Shown here: in pieces, positions 38,575 to 47,932 of the stretch | Layout: each line of letters begins with the position of its first letter | Numbering within the stretch: the stretch's first letter is position 1 | Source of the DNA: Acidobacteriota bacterium | GTDB lineage: Bacteria; Acidobacteriota; UBA6911 | Length of the DNA: 64,000 nt | NCBI GenBank assembly: GCA_016934295.1 | Contig: JAFGTD010000152.1 | Location: forward strand, 19,624-83,623 | Direction of reading: 5' to 3' | Notes under the pieces: model-generated | The model's input: the letters and a program-made list of their open reading frames with translations, nothing else | Databases searched by the model: none | What the model was told of the DNA's origin: nothing | Translations under genes and position numbers: made by a program

Positions 38575-39636
38575 ATGCTCAGTTTTCTAAATCGAAACAA
38601 ACAGGCAATTGGTCTTGACATCGGCTCCAGCGCATTAAAGGAGGCGGAACTCCGTCCTCTGCGCAAAGGCGGGTATGAACTTATCAGTCTTGGAATTGAG
38701 GAAGTTTCTCCGGATTGTATCGTCGACGGTGTCATCATCTCAAAACTTCCGGTATCGGAAGCGATTGACCGTATCTTCACCGGACAGAATATTAAGAATG
38801 AACGCGTTATGACATCCATTTCCGGTCATTCAGTCATCGTTAAAAAAATATCCTTGCCGGTGCAGAGTGAAGCGGAACTGTCGGAATCCATCCATTGGGA
38901 AGCGGAACAATACATACCTTTCGATATATCGGACGTGAATCTGGACTACCAGGTTCTTGGAGAAAATACGGCGACCGGAAACCTGGATATTTTGCTTGTA
39001 GCCGTTAAAAAAGACAAAATAACCGACTTTTCCAGTGTTGTTAAAATGGCCGGGAAAACTCCGGTCCTGGTGGATGTCGACGCATTCGCGCTTCAAAACG
39101 CCTATGAAATAAATTACGAACCGGCCGGCGATGACACAGTCGCACTGCTCGATATAGGCGCAAACACAATGACGATTAACATCGTTTCCGGCACCGAATT
39201 CCTGTTCACACGCGATGTCGGTGTCGGGGGGCATCAATACACGGAATTTTTACAGAAGGAATTCAACATCGACTATGACCAGGCTGAATCCTTGAAACAC
39301 GGCCAGGAAATTGAAAACGTCGATGCAGCCGAAGTAAACCGTGTCATTGAATCCGTTACGGAAATCATCTGCCTCGAAATTCAGAAGACGTATGATTTCT
39401 TCAAGTCTACAACGACCGTGGAACATATTGACCGCATGATCGTTAGCGGAGGCGCCGCGCATACTACCGGGCTGATAGACGCACTAGCCCGGAAGTTTGA
39501 AATCCCGGCCGAAAAATTCAACGCATTCAAACGGATCAAATACGACCCGAAAAAATTTCCATCCTCAACGATAGCGGACCGCGCTGCAGATTTCGCCATC
39601 GCGGTCGGTTTAGCAATCCGAAATCCTGAGGAATAG
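38575..39636 (+). CDS. pilM: Type IV pilus assembly ATPase-like protein PilM
   Basis: Actin-like fold; the N-terminus IGLDIGSSALK. First gene of pilMNOPQ. Confidence 0.9.
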   Translation: MLSFLNRNKQAIGLDIGSSALKEAELRPLRKGGYELISLGIEEVSPDCIVDGVIISKLPVSEAIDRIFTGQNIKNERVMTSISGHSVIVKKISLPVQSEAELSESIHWEAEQYIPFDISDVNLDYQVLGENTATGNLDILLVAVKKDKITDFSSVVKMAGKTPVLVDVDAFALQNAYEINYEPAGDDTVALLDIGANTMTINIVSGTEFLFTRDVGVGGHQYTEFLQKEFNIDYDQAESLKHGQEIENVDAAEVNRVIESVTEIICLEIQKTYDFFKSTTTVEHIDRMIVSGGAAHTTGLIDALARKFEIPAEKFNAFKRIKYDPKKFPSSTIADRAADFAIAVGLAIRNPEE

Positions 39637-39643
39637 AACGGCT

Positions 39644-40213
39644 ATGATTAAAGTAAACCTGCTGAAAGATCCTATCGCCCGTACGCACAGGACTTATATA
39701 AAGCCATCCACGTCCCGAACAGGGCCGCTCCTCATTGTCTTCATTGTTCTGGTCGTGGGATTGATGGGCGCTTGGTATTATGTTGTGAACGAACGGAAGA
39801 ATGAACTGACTGAATATCGCAATGAACTTAAAGCTGAAGAGGCTCGGCTGCAGGCATTAAAGATAAAACTCGAGAAATACGAAGAAGATAAAAAGCAGAT
39901 TCAGAGCCGGATCAGCGTGATTGAACAACTAAAGGAACAACAGACAGGTCCGGTTCTTCTTCTTAACCATGTACTTCACAGCATTCCCAGAAACAGGCTT
40001 CTATGGCTGACCTCGCTGATTCAGAAGGACAGCGCCGTTCAAATCGTCGGTCAAACTCAAAAAATAGAAGCGATCCCGGACTTTATGACCAATCTTGCAG
40101 AAACCGGTTTTTTTCAAAGCGTCGATCTTGAGATGATTGATAGCGTAGGCCAGGATGATGCTTCGAAATTCTCGCTCCTTTGTATGAGCGCACAGTACCA
40201 ACCGGAGGAGTGA
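39644..40213 (+). CDS. pilN: Type IV pilus assembly protein PilN
   Basis: Single TM segment plus a coiled coil; position in the operon. Confidence 0.8.
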   Translation: MIKVNLLKDPIARTHRTYIKPSTSRTGPLLIVFIVLVVGLMGAWYYVVNERKNELTEYRNELKAEEARLQALKIKLEKYEEDKKQIQSRISVIEQLKEQQTGPVLLLNHVLHSIPRNRLLWLTSLIQKDSAVQIVGQTQKIEAIPDFMTNLAETGFFQSVDLEMIDSVGQDDASKFSLLCMSAQYQPEE

Positions 40214-40217
40214 AGAA

Positions 40218-40841
40218 ATGGATCTAAAGGATATCCGTTTAGACAACCTGTCCCGGCCTTTTAAGCACGCACTTTTAGCGGGCCTTATTGTCTGCCTTGC
40301 AGTTGTCTTTTACATATACTTCATGAAGGATCTCATAAGAGAGCGTGATGCGCTTGAGGTCGAGACCGTAAATCTTGAAACCTCCGTGGCCAAAATGACT
40401 GCGGTGGAAAGCCAGCTGAAAGAGTTTGAACAGGAGCTGGCCCATCTTAAGAAATACCTCGCAGACCTTCGCAGCATCCTTCCGGCTCAGAAGGAAACTC
40501 CCACTGTTTTGCGAAGCGTGCAGCATATGGCTGTTTCCAGCAATCTCAAGATCCTGAAATTTTCCCCAAAACCGGTCATTACAAGGGATTTTTATTCCGA
40601 CTGGCCGATCGATATAGAGGTGCAGGGCAACTATAACGGCCTTGGAACCTTTTTCGAAAAAATCGGCGGAGCGACCAGGATCATCGATGTCGGGACCATT
40701 TCCATACAGCATATCGAAGGATCCACGGATCCGAAGTTGACGCTGAAGGCAAGATGTACAGCGACAACATTTGTATATAAAGAAGACCAGCCGGATCCTG
40801 CCGGGAATGATGCTTCGGGTACAAAGGAGAAAACGCCTTGA
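40218..40841 (+). CDS. pilO: Type IV pilus assembly protein PilO
   Basis: Single TM segment, coiled coil and PilO domain; position in the operon. Confidence 0.8.
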   Translation: MDLKDIRLDNLSRPFKHALLAGLIVCLAVVFYIYFMKDLIRERDALEVETVNLETSVAKMTAVESQLKEFEQELAHLKKYLADLRSILPAQKETPTVLRSVQHMAVSSNLKILKFSPKPVITRDFYSDWPIDIEVQGNYNGLGTFFEKIGGATRIIDVGTISIQHIEGSTDPKLTLKARCTATTFVYKEDQPDPAGNDASGTKEKTP

Positions 40842-41410
40842 TCCTTACCTATTTCAACCACCCCTATTCGCGGTATTTCCGAAGGCAAACAGGTTCATGC
40901 CGAAGGTCTTCCGCATTCGGGATTACAGGATGTCTGCTCCTATGCTTCGCGATATCCGTACTTCCGATGAAGCAGGCAACAGCACAGGAAGCAAAACGCG
41001 GCACTGTGACAGGATCGCAACAGCCAGGTTCCGTCAAGAGCCCCCGGTCGAACTATACCGGGATCGCCTACAGCCCCAGCAATCTTCGAGATCCCTTTCT
41101 GAACCCACTCCTTAAAAAACCGGGCAACGAAGGAGATCAGGAAATTGACCGCGGTCTGCCTCCACCGGGAATCGCCGGCACTTTTATAGAGGAGGCGGTA
41201 CTCAAAGGGATCTCCATTAAGGAGGATGGGCGCCTTGCTATCGTCAAAGGATCCGGGAATCGAGCCTATTTTCTCAGGGAAGGAGACAGGCTTTTTGACG
41301 GATACCTTAAGGAAATTTATCGTGACTCTATCAAATTGGTCCGCGAAATAAAAATGAGGTCTGGGAAAATCATCACCCAGGAAGTGACCAAGCGGCTAAG
41401 GACACCATAG
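40838..41410 (+). CDS. pilP: Type IV pilus assembly lipoprotein PilP
   Basis: Hydrophobic N-terminus and a PilP-like C-terminal beta domain. It lies between pilO and pilQ. Confidence 0.7.
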   Translation: MILTYFNHPYSRYFRRQTGSCRRSSAFGITGCLLLCFAISVLPMKQATAQEAKRGTVTGSQQPGSVKSPRSNYTGIAYSPSNLRDPFLNPLLKKPGNEGDQEIDRGLPPPGIAGTFIEEAVLKGISIKEDGRLAIVKGSGNRAYFLREGDRLFDGYLKEIYRDSIKLVREIKMRSGKIITQEVTKRLRTP

Positions 41411-41411
41411 G

Positions 41412-43916
41412 ATGGCGGGTATGAAAATTCGACTCACTGGAAAGAACATTTTCGGATCTAATCAAACGGGGAATACAAAGTACTGTATTCTTCTTTTCAT
41501 TCTAGCGTTTTCCGTTCCGTTGTTTACCGCGGCAAAGGAAGTGTCGGAGGATAAGAAACCTCCCTCCGTTGGATCCCTTAAGGACATTTCGGCTTCACAG
41601 GAGGATGGTAAATTGACGGTAACCATGAAAACGGACCGGTTGATGAAGCCGCAAGCATTCAGGCTGGAGAATCCCTCCCGTCTGGTTGTCGACTTTCAGA
41701 ATACCGTTAATAAAGTTACTTTCATGAAATTGCCGTTAAATGCGCCGTCCGCCAAGCAACTGCGCGTCAGTCAGTTTCAGAGATCTAATCCCCAAATAGC
41801 GCGGGTAGTGTTCGATCTGGAAAAGGATTTTGGAACTCACAACATAACTCAAGACAATACTTCGGTTCAGGTAACGCTCTATCCTGCAAAGCCTGGAACG
41901 AACAAAACCGCTTCCGGCATTGAAAAGAAAGCTGAAAGCCCGGCCGTTACACCGGCCAGCGCTGCCAAAACCACCGAACCGGTCAAGACAGCCGATTCTT
42001 CGGAAAAACCGGAGGCTGCCGGGGTGGATTCCTCTTCCCTGAAGAAAGCTGAAAGCCCGGCCGTTACACCGGTCGGCGCTGCCAAAACCATCGAACCGGT
42101 CAAGACAGCCGTTTCTTCGGAAAAACCGGAGGCTGCCAGGGTGGATTCCTCTTCCCTGAAGAAAGCTGAGAGCCCGGCCGTTACACCGGTCAGCGCTGCC
42201 AAAACCATCGAACCGGTCAAAGCAGCCTCTTCCTCGCAACAATCGGAGATCCCCAAGGTTGCTTTTTCCTCCCTGAAGAAGGCTGAAAGCCCGGACGTTA
42301 CATCGGCCCGTGCTGCCGAAAGCATCGAACCGGTCGAAGCAGCCGTTTCCTCGCAACAATCGGAGATCCCCAAGGTTGCTTTCTCTTCCCGGATGAAAGC
42401 TGAAAGTCCGGCCGTTTCGCCTGTTCCTGCCAATATCGATTCTTCAAAAGAAACCGAATTGAAAAAAAGCGGGCTCAAAATGTCGGACGAAAAAGCCAAA
42501 GAAATTCCGGCTTTGATAGCATCACTGTCTCCAATGTCGCCGCTCAACCAGTCTGCTCCACCTCCAGCACCGCCTGCGGTATCTCAATCATCCCAAATTT
42601 CAAGGTTCTCCGGACAGCTGCTGACTCTGGATTTTGTCGAGCTTCCACTGGTCGACTTTTTCCGGGTTATGTCTGAAGAAGCCGGCATCAATATCGTTCT
42701 CGATCCCAAGGTAAAAGGAGATATCTCCATCAAAGTAGAAAAGCTACCGTGGGATCAGATTTTTGACATGGTTCTGGTCAATTATTCCCTGGATAAGCAG
42801 ATTGAAGGCAACCTGATTCGCATTGCGCACAAATCGACATTACAGGAGGAGGCTAAACAGCAAGAAGCTCTCAAGAAAGCCAAACTGCTTGCCGCAGACC
42901 TGGAAACGCGGGTCAAGCGATTGAATTATGCGAAAGCAGAAGACCTCATGTCATCCCTGGAGGACTTGAAAACGGTTCGCGGTAATGTTGTGCACGATGA
43001 ACGAACGAACTCGCTGGTTATGACCGATATACCGAGTGAGCTGGATAAAATGATGCAATTGATAACCACTCTGGATATACCGCAACCGCAGGTGGAGATC
43101 GAAGCCCGCATCGTTTCCGCCGCACGGGATTTCGCCCGTGAAATCGGCATACAATTCGGTTTTGTCCAGGGTAATCTCGAACGCGTCACCGTCGGCGGGC
43201 CGAATACTTTCGGCACTATCGGCGGCACGAGGCCAAGCGCAACGCCGAACTCAACCTATATCGCCGGGAATCCTGCGACAGGTAGGGGCGCTGCCGAAGA
43301 TGAAGTCGGCGATATCGGATCCGTCAGCACGGGTGGTGCGGGTAATTACAATGTGAATCTGCCCGCAACGAAAGCTTTCGGCGGGCTGGGCATCTCCGTC
43401 GGGAATATCTTCGACACCTTCCTGCTTGACGCGGCGCTTACAGCCGGAGAAACCAAGGGCCTTGCCAAGCTCATTTCGCAACCGAAGGTTACGGCCCAGA
43501 ACAACAGCCCCGCCGTCATTACCCAGGGAACCCGTTTCCCCGTGTTGGTAAATTCAAATAATACGATCACGGTACAGTTTTTCAATGCCGCATTAACGCT
43601 GACGGTAACGCCGCAAATTACCTATGAAGGCAATATCGTTCTTGATTTGAAAGTCGAGAACAACACGGCGGATTGGGGACGGAATGTCGGCGGTGTCCCG
43701 TCCATAAGAATCAGTGAATCCGCAAGCCGGGTATTGGTCAGCGATGGAGGAACAACTGTTATCGGCGGCATCCTCATCGACGATGAATCCAACTCGGGAG
43801 ATAAGGTACCCGGTCTGGGCGACCTGCCTCTTGTCGGAAATCTTTTCCGCCGGTCGTCTGTTTCTCGGTCCACCCAGGAAGTCCTGTTCTTTGTTACACC
43901 CCGAATCGTCAACTAG
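41412..43916 (+). CDS. pilQ: Type IV pilus secretin PilQ with an AMIN domain and an internal tandem-repeat linker
   Basis: Signal peptide, AMIN-like domain (LTVTMKTDRLMKPQAFRLENPSRLVVDF), repeat linker, secretin N domains and the secretin C domain (VPGLGDLPLVGNLFRRSS...VLFFVTPRIV). Confidence 0.9.
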   Translation: MAGMKIRLTGKNIFGSNQTGNTKYCILLFILAFSVPLFTAAKEVSEDKKPPSVGSLKDISASQEDGKLTVTMKTDRLMKPQAFRLENPSRLVVDFQNTVNKVTFMKLPLNAPSAKQLRVSQFQRSNPQIARVVFDLEKDFGTHNITQDNTSVQVTLYPAKPGTNKTASGIEKKAESPAVTPASAAKTTEPVKTADSSEKPEAAGVDSSSLKKAESPAVTPVGAAKTIEPVKTAVSSEKPEAARVDSSSLKKAESPAVTPVSAAKTIEPVKAASSSQQSEIPKVAFSSLKKAESPDVTSARAAESIEPVEAAVSSQQSEIPKVAFSSRMKAESPAVSPVPANIDSSKETELKKSGLKMSDEKAKEIPALIASLSPMSPLNQSAPPPAPPAVSQSSQISRFSGQLLTLDFVELPLVDFFRVMSEEAGINIVLDPKVKGDISIKVEKLPWDQIFDMVLVNYSLDKQIEGNLIRIAHKSTLQEEAKQQEALKKAKLLAADLETRVKRLNYAKAEDLMSSLEDLKTVRGNVVHDERTNSLVMTDIPSELDKMMQLITTLDIPQPQVEIEARIVSAARDFAREIGIQFGFVQGNLERVTVGGPNTFGTIGGTRPSATPNSTYIAGNPATGRGAAEDEVGDIGSVSTGGAGNYNVNLPATKAFGGLGISVGNIFDTFLLDAALTAGETKGLAKLISQPKVTAQNNSPAVITQGTRFPVLVNSNNTITVQFFNAALTLTVTPQITYEGNIVLDLKVENNTADWGRNVGGVPSIRISESASRVLVSDGGTTVIGGILIDDESNSGDKVPGLGDLPLVGNLFRRSSVSRSTQEVLFFVTPRIVN
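41925..42440. repeat. 117-bp (39-aa) tandem repeat, about 4.4 copies, inside pilQ
   Basis: Copies start at 41925, 42042, 42159, 42276 and 42393. They encode KKAESPAVTPxSAAKTxEPVKxAxSSxKPEAAxVDSSSL. Confidence 0.85.
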
Positions 43917-43946
43917 TCCGGGGAAAAGCGACTGACCCAACAGTCG

Positions 43947-43999
43947 GAAAAACCCCGGTTCCAGGAAACTCCCCATTTTCCCTGGAACCGGGGTTTTTT
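43947..43999 (+). terminator. Rho-independent terminator after pilQ
   Basis: AAAACCCCGGTTCCAGG...CCTGGAACCGGGGTTTTTTATTT forms a 13-bp stem with a U-tract. Confidence 0.8.
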
Positions 44000-44292
44000 A
44001 TTTATGGAAAACCTTCCTGTCTATGCGGGGCGCTCCCTCCGGCATTTCGGACGTCACACGGCTTTGCAGATTCCGATCTCACGCCTGCGGTCTGGAAACA
44101 TACGCCCTTACGGATTCAGGTCTGTTTTCATGTTTTTGACAACACACAATTATTGATGATAGTATCCAACTCCCGCACGGACGGACCGGACCCGACAGTC
44201 GTCCTAAGGCCTAAATTTCTAACAGGATTTCGTCACAGTACTACAACGGCTCCAAAATCCCGTGCTCTGAACAACACAAGGGTACACCGATC

Positions 44293-44928
44293 ATGAAGAG
44301 AAAGCTGCTGTTTCCGCCGATTTATCCTATTACCGACAAAAAAATGGCGCGAAGTTGCGACCACTACAGCATATTGAAAGAACTGGTGCGGGGCGGCGCC
44401 CGGTTTGTTCAGATCAGGGATAAATACACTCCGGCTGCAGAGTTGCTGAAGGACCTCAGGCGATGTGTGGATTTCGCTTCGAGCAGAAATGTAACCCTGA
44501 TCCTTAACGATCGTTGCGACCTCGTTCTATGCAGCGGTGCATTCGGGGTGCATCTCGGGCAGGACGACCTTCCTCCGGAGACAGCCAGGACCCTCCTTGG
44601 GGGGGAAAGCATTATCGGGCTCTCAACACATTCTCTGCCGCAGGTTCGAAAAGCATCCTTATTGCCTGTCCAGTACATCGGATTCGGCCCGATCTTTCCC
44701 ACTTCCACAAAAGAAAACGCGGCACCGGTTGCAGGCTTGAGTAGATTGAGACAGGCATGTAATGCGTCTTCGGTTCCCGTTGTCGCCATAGGAGGCATAG
44801 GATTACAACAGGTAGGCGATGTTTTGAAGGCGGGAGCTTCCAGTGTGGCGATTATTTCCGCATTGATGCAGGCGGTCGACCTGACCGGCAGGATGCAGCA
44901 GTTTCTTGAGGCCGCCAGGGGGAGATAA
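44293..44928 (+). CDS. thiE: Thiamine-phosphate synthase
   Basis: 211 aa, TMP-TENI fold (IYPITD...VQIRDK...GVHLGQDDL...GGI). Confidence 0.85.
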   Translation: MKRKLLFPPIYPITDKKMARSCDHYSILKELVRGGARFVQIRDKYTPAAELLKDLRRCVDFASSRNVTLILNDRCDLVLCSGAFGVHLGQDDLPPETARTLLGGESIIGLSTHSLPQVRKASLLPVQYIGFGPIFPTSTKENAAPVAGLSRLRQACNASSVPVVAIGGIGLQQVGDVLKAGASSVAIISALMQAVDLTGRMQQFLEAARGR

Positions 44929-46042
44929 TAGATCGGGAATAGGAAGGATACCCCTCAAACACCATATCGGATCCTGCAGAAAAGCCTCTTCGAATTCTGA
45001 ATTTCGGGGCAACCGCTGTCGTACCGTAGCCTTTCCCTCCAACTGAAGGAATCGCATTTTCCCCGCCAAGAATCATCGGAGCAACGATAAAATAAAAACA
45101 GTCTACCATCCTCCTGGAGAGGAATTCCCAGTGCACCCGGCTGCCGCCTTCAACCAATAGTCCGAGAACGTTCCGCTTCGCCAATTCTTCCAGTACGGCC
45201 GCAAGATCCAGAATCCGGCTTGCAGATGGAATCGGTATGATTTCAGCCCCGACGGCTTCGAGCGCCTTTTCCCGGCCTGTCGCGCGCCTCTTGTTACAGA
45301 ATATCAAAACGGGGGCAGGACCGGTCATTTTAAAAATACGGGCGTCCGGAGGTGTCCGCAGGTGCGTATCCAGTATAACCCTCAGCAGCGGCCGGCCTCT
45401 GGCGCCGCCCCCCCGATAGGTCAATTGTGGATCGTCTGAAAGTATTGTCCCGACTCCAACCAGCAGAGCATCGGCGCGAAGCCTGAGGTATTGTCCGAAC
45501 TCCCTGCCTTCGGGGGAAGATATCCTATGGCCTCCTTTTTTACCGGTACCGATCCTCCCATCCAGGGACATCCCCACTTTCGAAACCACTAACGGAAGTC
45601 CCGTGGTCATTCGGCAGGCAAAGGCTTCGATAATTTCACCGGCCTGTTCTTCCATAAGCCCGACATCCACACGCATGCCGCTGGAACGCAGCTTTTTAAT
45701 GCCACGTCCGGAAACCAATGGATTCGGATCGACCCTGGCGACGACAACGCGCCGGATCCCTTCCCGAATTAAAAGTTCCGCACACGGAGGCGTTCTTCCC
45801 GTGTGGGAACAGGGCTCAAGAGTGACATATACGGTGGCATTCCGGGTTTCCCCGGACGCTGTCTTCAGAGCCCGCACTTCTGCATGATCCAGCCCTTCGT
45901 ACTCATGCCAGCCCCTGCCTATCACTTTTCCGTCGCGAACAACCACACACCCTACACTGGGATTCGGACTGGCCAGGCCGATATGTTTTTCAGCAAGCGC
46001 CAGAGCCATTTTCATATACCTGCGATCCCGGGCATCAAACAT
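44852..46042 (-). CDS. ribD: Bifunctional riboflavin biosynthesis deaminase/reductase RibD
   Basis: CMP/dCMP deaminase motifs HAEVRAL and LEPCSHTGRTPPC, plus the RibD reductase domain. A roughly 28-aa C-terminal tail overlaps the 3' end of convergent thiE. Confidence 0.85.
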   Translation of the reverse strand: MFDARDRRYMKMALALAEKHIGLASPNPSVGCVVVRDGKVIGRGWHEYEGLDHAEVRALKTASGETRNATVYVTLEPCSHTGRTPPCAELLIREGIRRVVVARVDPNPLVSGRGIKKLRSSGMRVDVGLMEEQAGEIIEAFACRMTTGLPLVVSKVGMSLDGRIGTGKKGGHRISSPEGREFGQYLRLRADALLVGVGTILSDDPQLTYRGGGARGRPLLRVILDTHLRTPPDARIFKMTGPAPVLIFCNKRRATGREKALEAVGAEIIPIPSASRILDLAAVLEELAKRNVLGLLVEGGSRVHWEFLSRRMVDCFYFIVAPMILGGENAIPSVGGKGYGTTAVAPKFRIRRGFSAGSDMVFEGYPSYSRSIISPWRPQETAASCRSGRPPASMRK

Positions 46043-46130
46043 GATCGTTCCGAATTAAAAATTGAAGATTAAAGATTGAAAACCAAATATTGTTCTTCCC
46101 CGTCCTTTGGGAATCCTGTCTTTCCGGAAT

Positions 46131-47429
46131 TTATTCTGTGTTTTCGGAATCTGTTTTGACCCTATCAGGTTCCTGCAGTTGTATTCGGATCCAGTATACG
46201 CGTCTTCGATCGGCGTCCAGAATCCTGACATTAAAGCCTTCATAATCAAAAACTTCTCCCGGAGCCGGAACACGCCCCAGGTATGACATGATCAATCCGC
46301 CGACAGTCGAACAATTGAAACCGCTGAATTTCTTCTGAACCCGGTCTTCAAGCATGCCGAGTTCCGTGCTTCCGCGAATAACAAAACTCATGGGGCCTTC
46401 TTCAATAATCTTGCTTACTTTAGCCTCATCCTCGTCCCGGATCTCCCCGATAATCTCCTCTACCAGATCTTCTATCGTTACCATTCCCGCTACTCCCCCG
46501 AATTCGTCGATCACAATAGCGGCATGATCCGCCCGGGCCTGCAGCTCCTTGAGAAGTTTGGAAACCGGCTTTGTCCCCGGCACGGATAAAACGGGATTTA
46601 CAAGTCCCGCTATGGATTCGGTCTCCGCTCCCTCGACATATGCAGCCATCAGCTGGCGGATATAGACAATGCCGATGATATGATCCATGTCATCGCGATA
46701 TATCGGTATGCGGGAATGCTTGCACTGCACCATAGTATCCCGCAGTTCAGCGACAGATACTTTCTCTTCGCACGCGATTATTTTTGTCCGCGGCGTCATG
46801 ACTTCACGGACGAGAGTGTTCCCGAATTCGACTACCGACTGGATAAGCTCGGAATCCTCTTCCTGAAGGATGCCTTCATCTTCCCCAATATCCAGATAGG
46901 CCTGTATCTCCTCGTCGGTCGCCTCCTCACTGTCCGTGCCGTTTCCGTCTTCGACCTCTTCGTGCATTCTCTTGTGTAAATTCAACAGACCGGAAACCGG
47001 CAGAGCCAAAAGATGCAGTACCCGGTAGAAATGCCCATAGATTTTCAACAGTCGCACCAGCTTTTTTTCAGGCTCGTTCTGAGTGAAAAGTTTAGGCAGC
47101 AGCTGACGGAAAAGAACCGATATAAGAGCGACGGAAACGAATGCATAAAGCAATCCCTCTGCCGGCCATCGCTGCAGGCTCAGGTGTGTCGTCAGAACTG
47201 CAACGACGATCAAACAGACCTGTATCCCCAGATGAACAGGGACCATGATCTGCATTTTATTTTCCAGGACCAGCGACAATAAAGGCGAAAGCGGCTTTTC
47301 CTGCCGATCCATTATCATCCGCAACGCGAGAGGGCTGGCAAGGGTTATTGCACTTTCAACCAGAGAGAGGACAAACAGCATGCCGGCACATATTATGATG
47401 GCCGAAATTTCGAGGTTCAAACCTGTCAT
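46131..47429 (-). CDS. CNNM/HlyC/CorC-family transporter (DUF21 + CBS pair + CorC_HlyC)
   Basis: 432 aa. Four N-terminal TM segments, CBS domains and a C-terminal transporter-associated domain. Confidence 0.8.
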   Translation of the reverse strand: MTGLNLEISAIIICAGMLFVLSLVESAITLASPLALRMIMDRQEKPLSPLLSLVLENKMQIMVPVHLGIQVCLIVVAVLTTHLSLQRWPAEGLLYAFVSVALISVLFRQLLPKLFTQNEPEKKLVRLLKIYGHFYRVLHLLALPVSGLLNLHKRMHEEVEDGNGTDSEEATDEEIQAYLDIGEDEGILQEEDSELIQSVVEFGNTLVREVMTPRTKIIACEEKVSVAELRDTMVQCKHSRIPIYRDDMDHIIGIVYIRQLMAAYVEGAETESIAGLVNPVLSVPGTKPVSKLLKELQARADHAAIVIDEFGGVAGMVTIEDLVEEIIGEIRDEDEAKVSKIIEEGPMSFVIRGSTELGMLEDRVQKKFSGFNCSTVGGLIMSYLGRVPAPGEVFDYEGFNVRILDADRRRVYWIRIQLQEPDRVKTDSENTE

Positions 47430-47932
47430 GGATAAGCCTTTGATTTTATTAGAACGGGGTCTCCACTTTTAAAAAAGATTCGCCTCGTAAGTTTCTTCTG
47501 CAACCGAAGCATTGTTCCATCGTCTTCTTCGTGATCATACCCCAGAAGATGGAGAATCCCGTGTATAAGAAGCTTTCTCATTTCGTTTTCCGGATGATTG
47601 CGGTACTGTTCGGCATTGCGGACGGACACATGAGGAGCGATAATAATCTCTCCTAGAAAAGGTTTGCCGTCCTCCATGTCTTCATTATAAACGAAACACA
47701 GTACGTCGGTAGGATAGTTTCTTTGAAGGTAGCTGTTGTTGAGTTTTTTGATTTCGTATTCACTTACAAAAGCAACGGATAATGAACGGTCCGGAGCCCC
47801 TATCGCCTGAAGGACCGCTGAACAGAAAAAGGCGGCCGATTTGGAGTCAATCTTATACCGTCTTTGCTTGTTCAGAACCAGTATTCGGGACAGCAGTTCC
47901 TTCCGCTTCCGGGTCGATGCGTTTGAAGTCAT
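47426..47932 (-). CDS. ybeY: rRNA maturation endoribonuclease YbeY
   Basis: HGILHLLGYDH metal-binding motif. The N-terminus is probably shorter than the ORF, which overlaps the upstream gene. Confidence 0.8.
   Translation of the reverse strand: MTSNASTRKRKELLSRILVLNKQRRYKIDSKSAAFFCSAVLQAIGAPDRSLSVAFVSEYEIKKLNNSYLQRNYPTDVLCFVYNEDMEDGKPFLGEIIIAPHVSVRNAEQYRNHPENEMRKLLIHGILHLLGYDHEEDDGTMLRLQKKLTRRIFFKSGDPVLIKSKAYP

Noticed and set aside
41736-42547. Two long minus-strand ORFs (207 and 222 aa) inside pilQ
   Set aside because: They are generated by the 117-bp tandem repeat. Their translations are themselves repetitive and G/R/S-rich. pilQ on the + strand is fully supported.
44000-44292. A TPP riboswitch (THI-box) upstream of thiE
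   Set aside because: I could not find the conserved CUGAGA or ACCUGAUCUGGAUAAUGCCAGCG elements in the 290-nt leader. I therefore do not call one.
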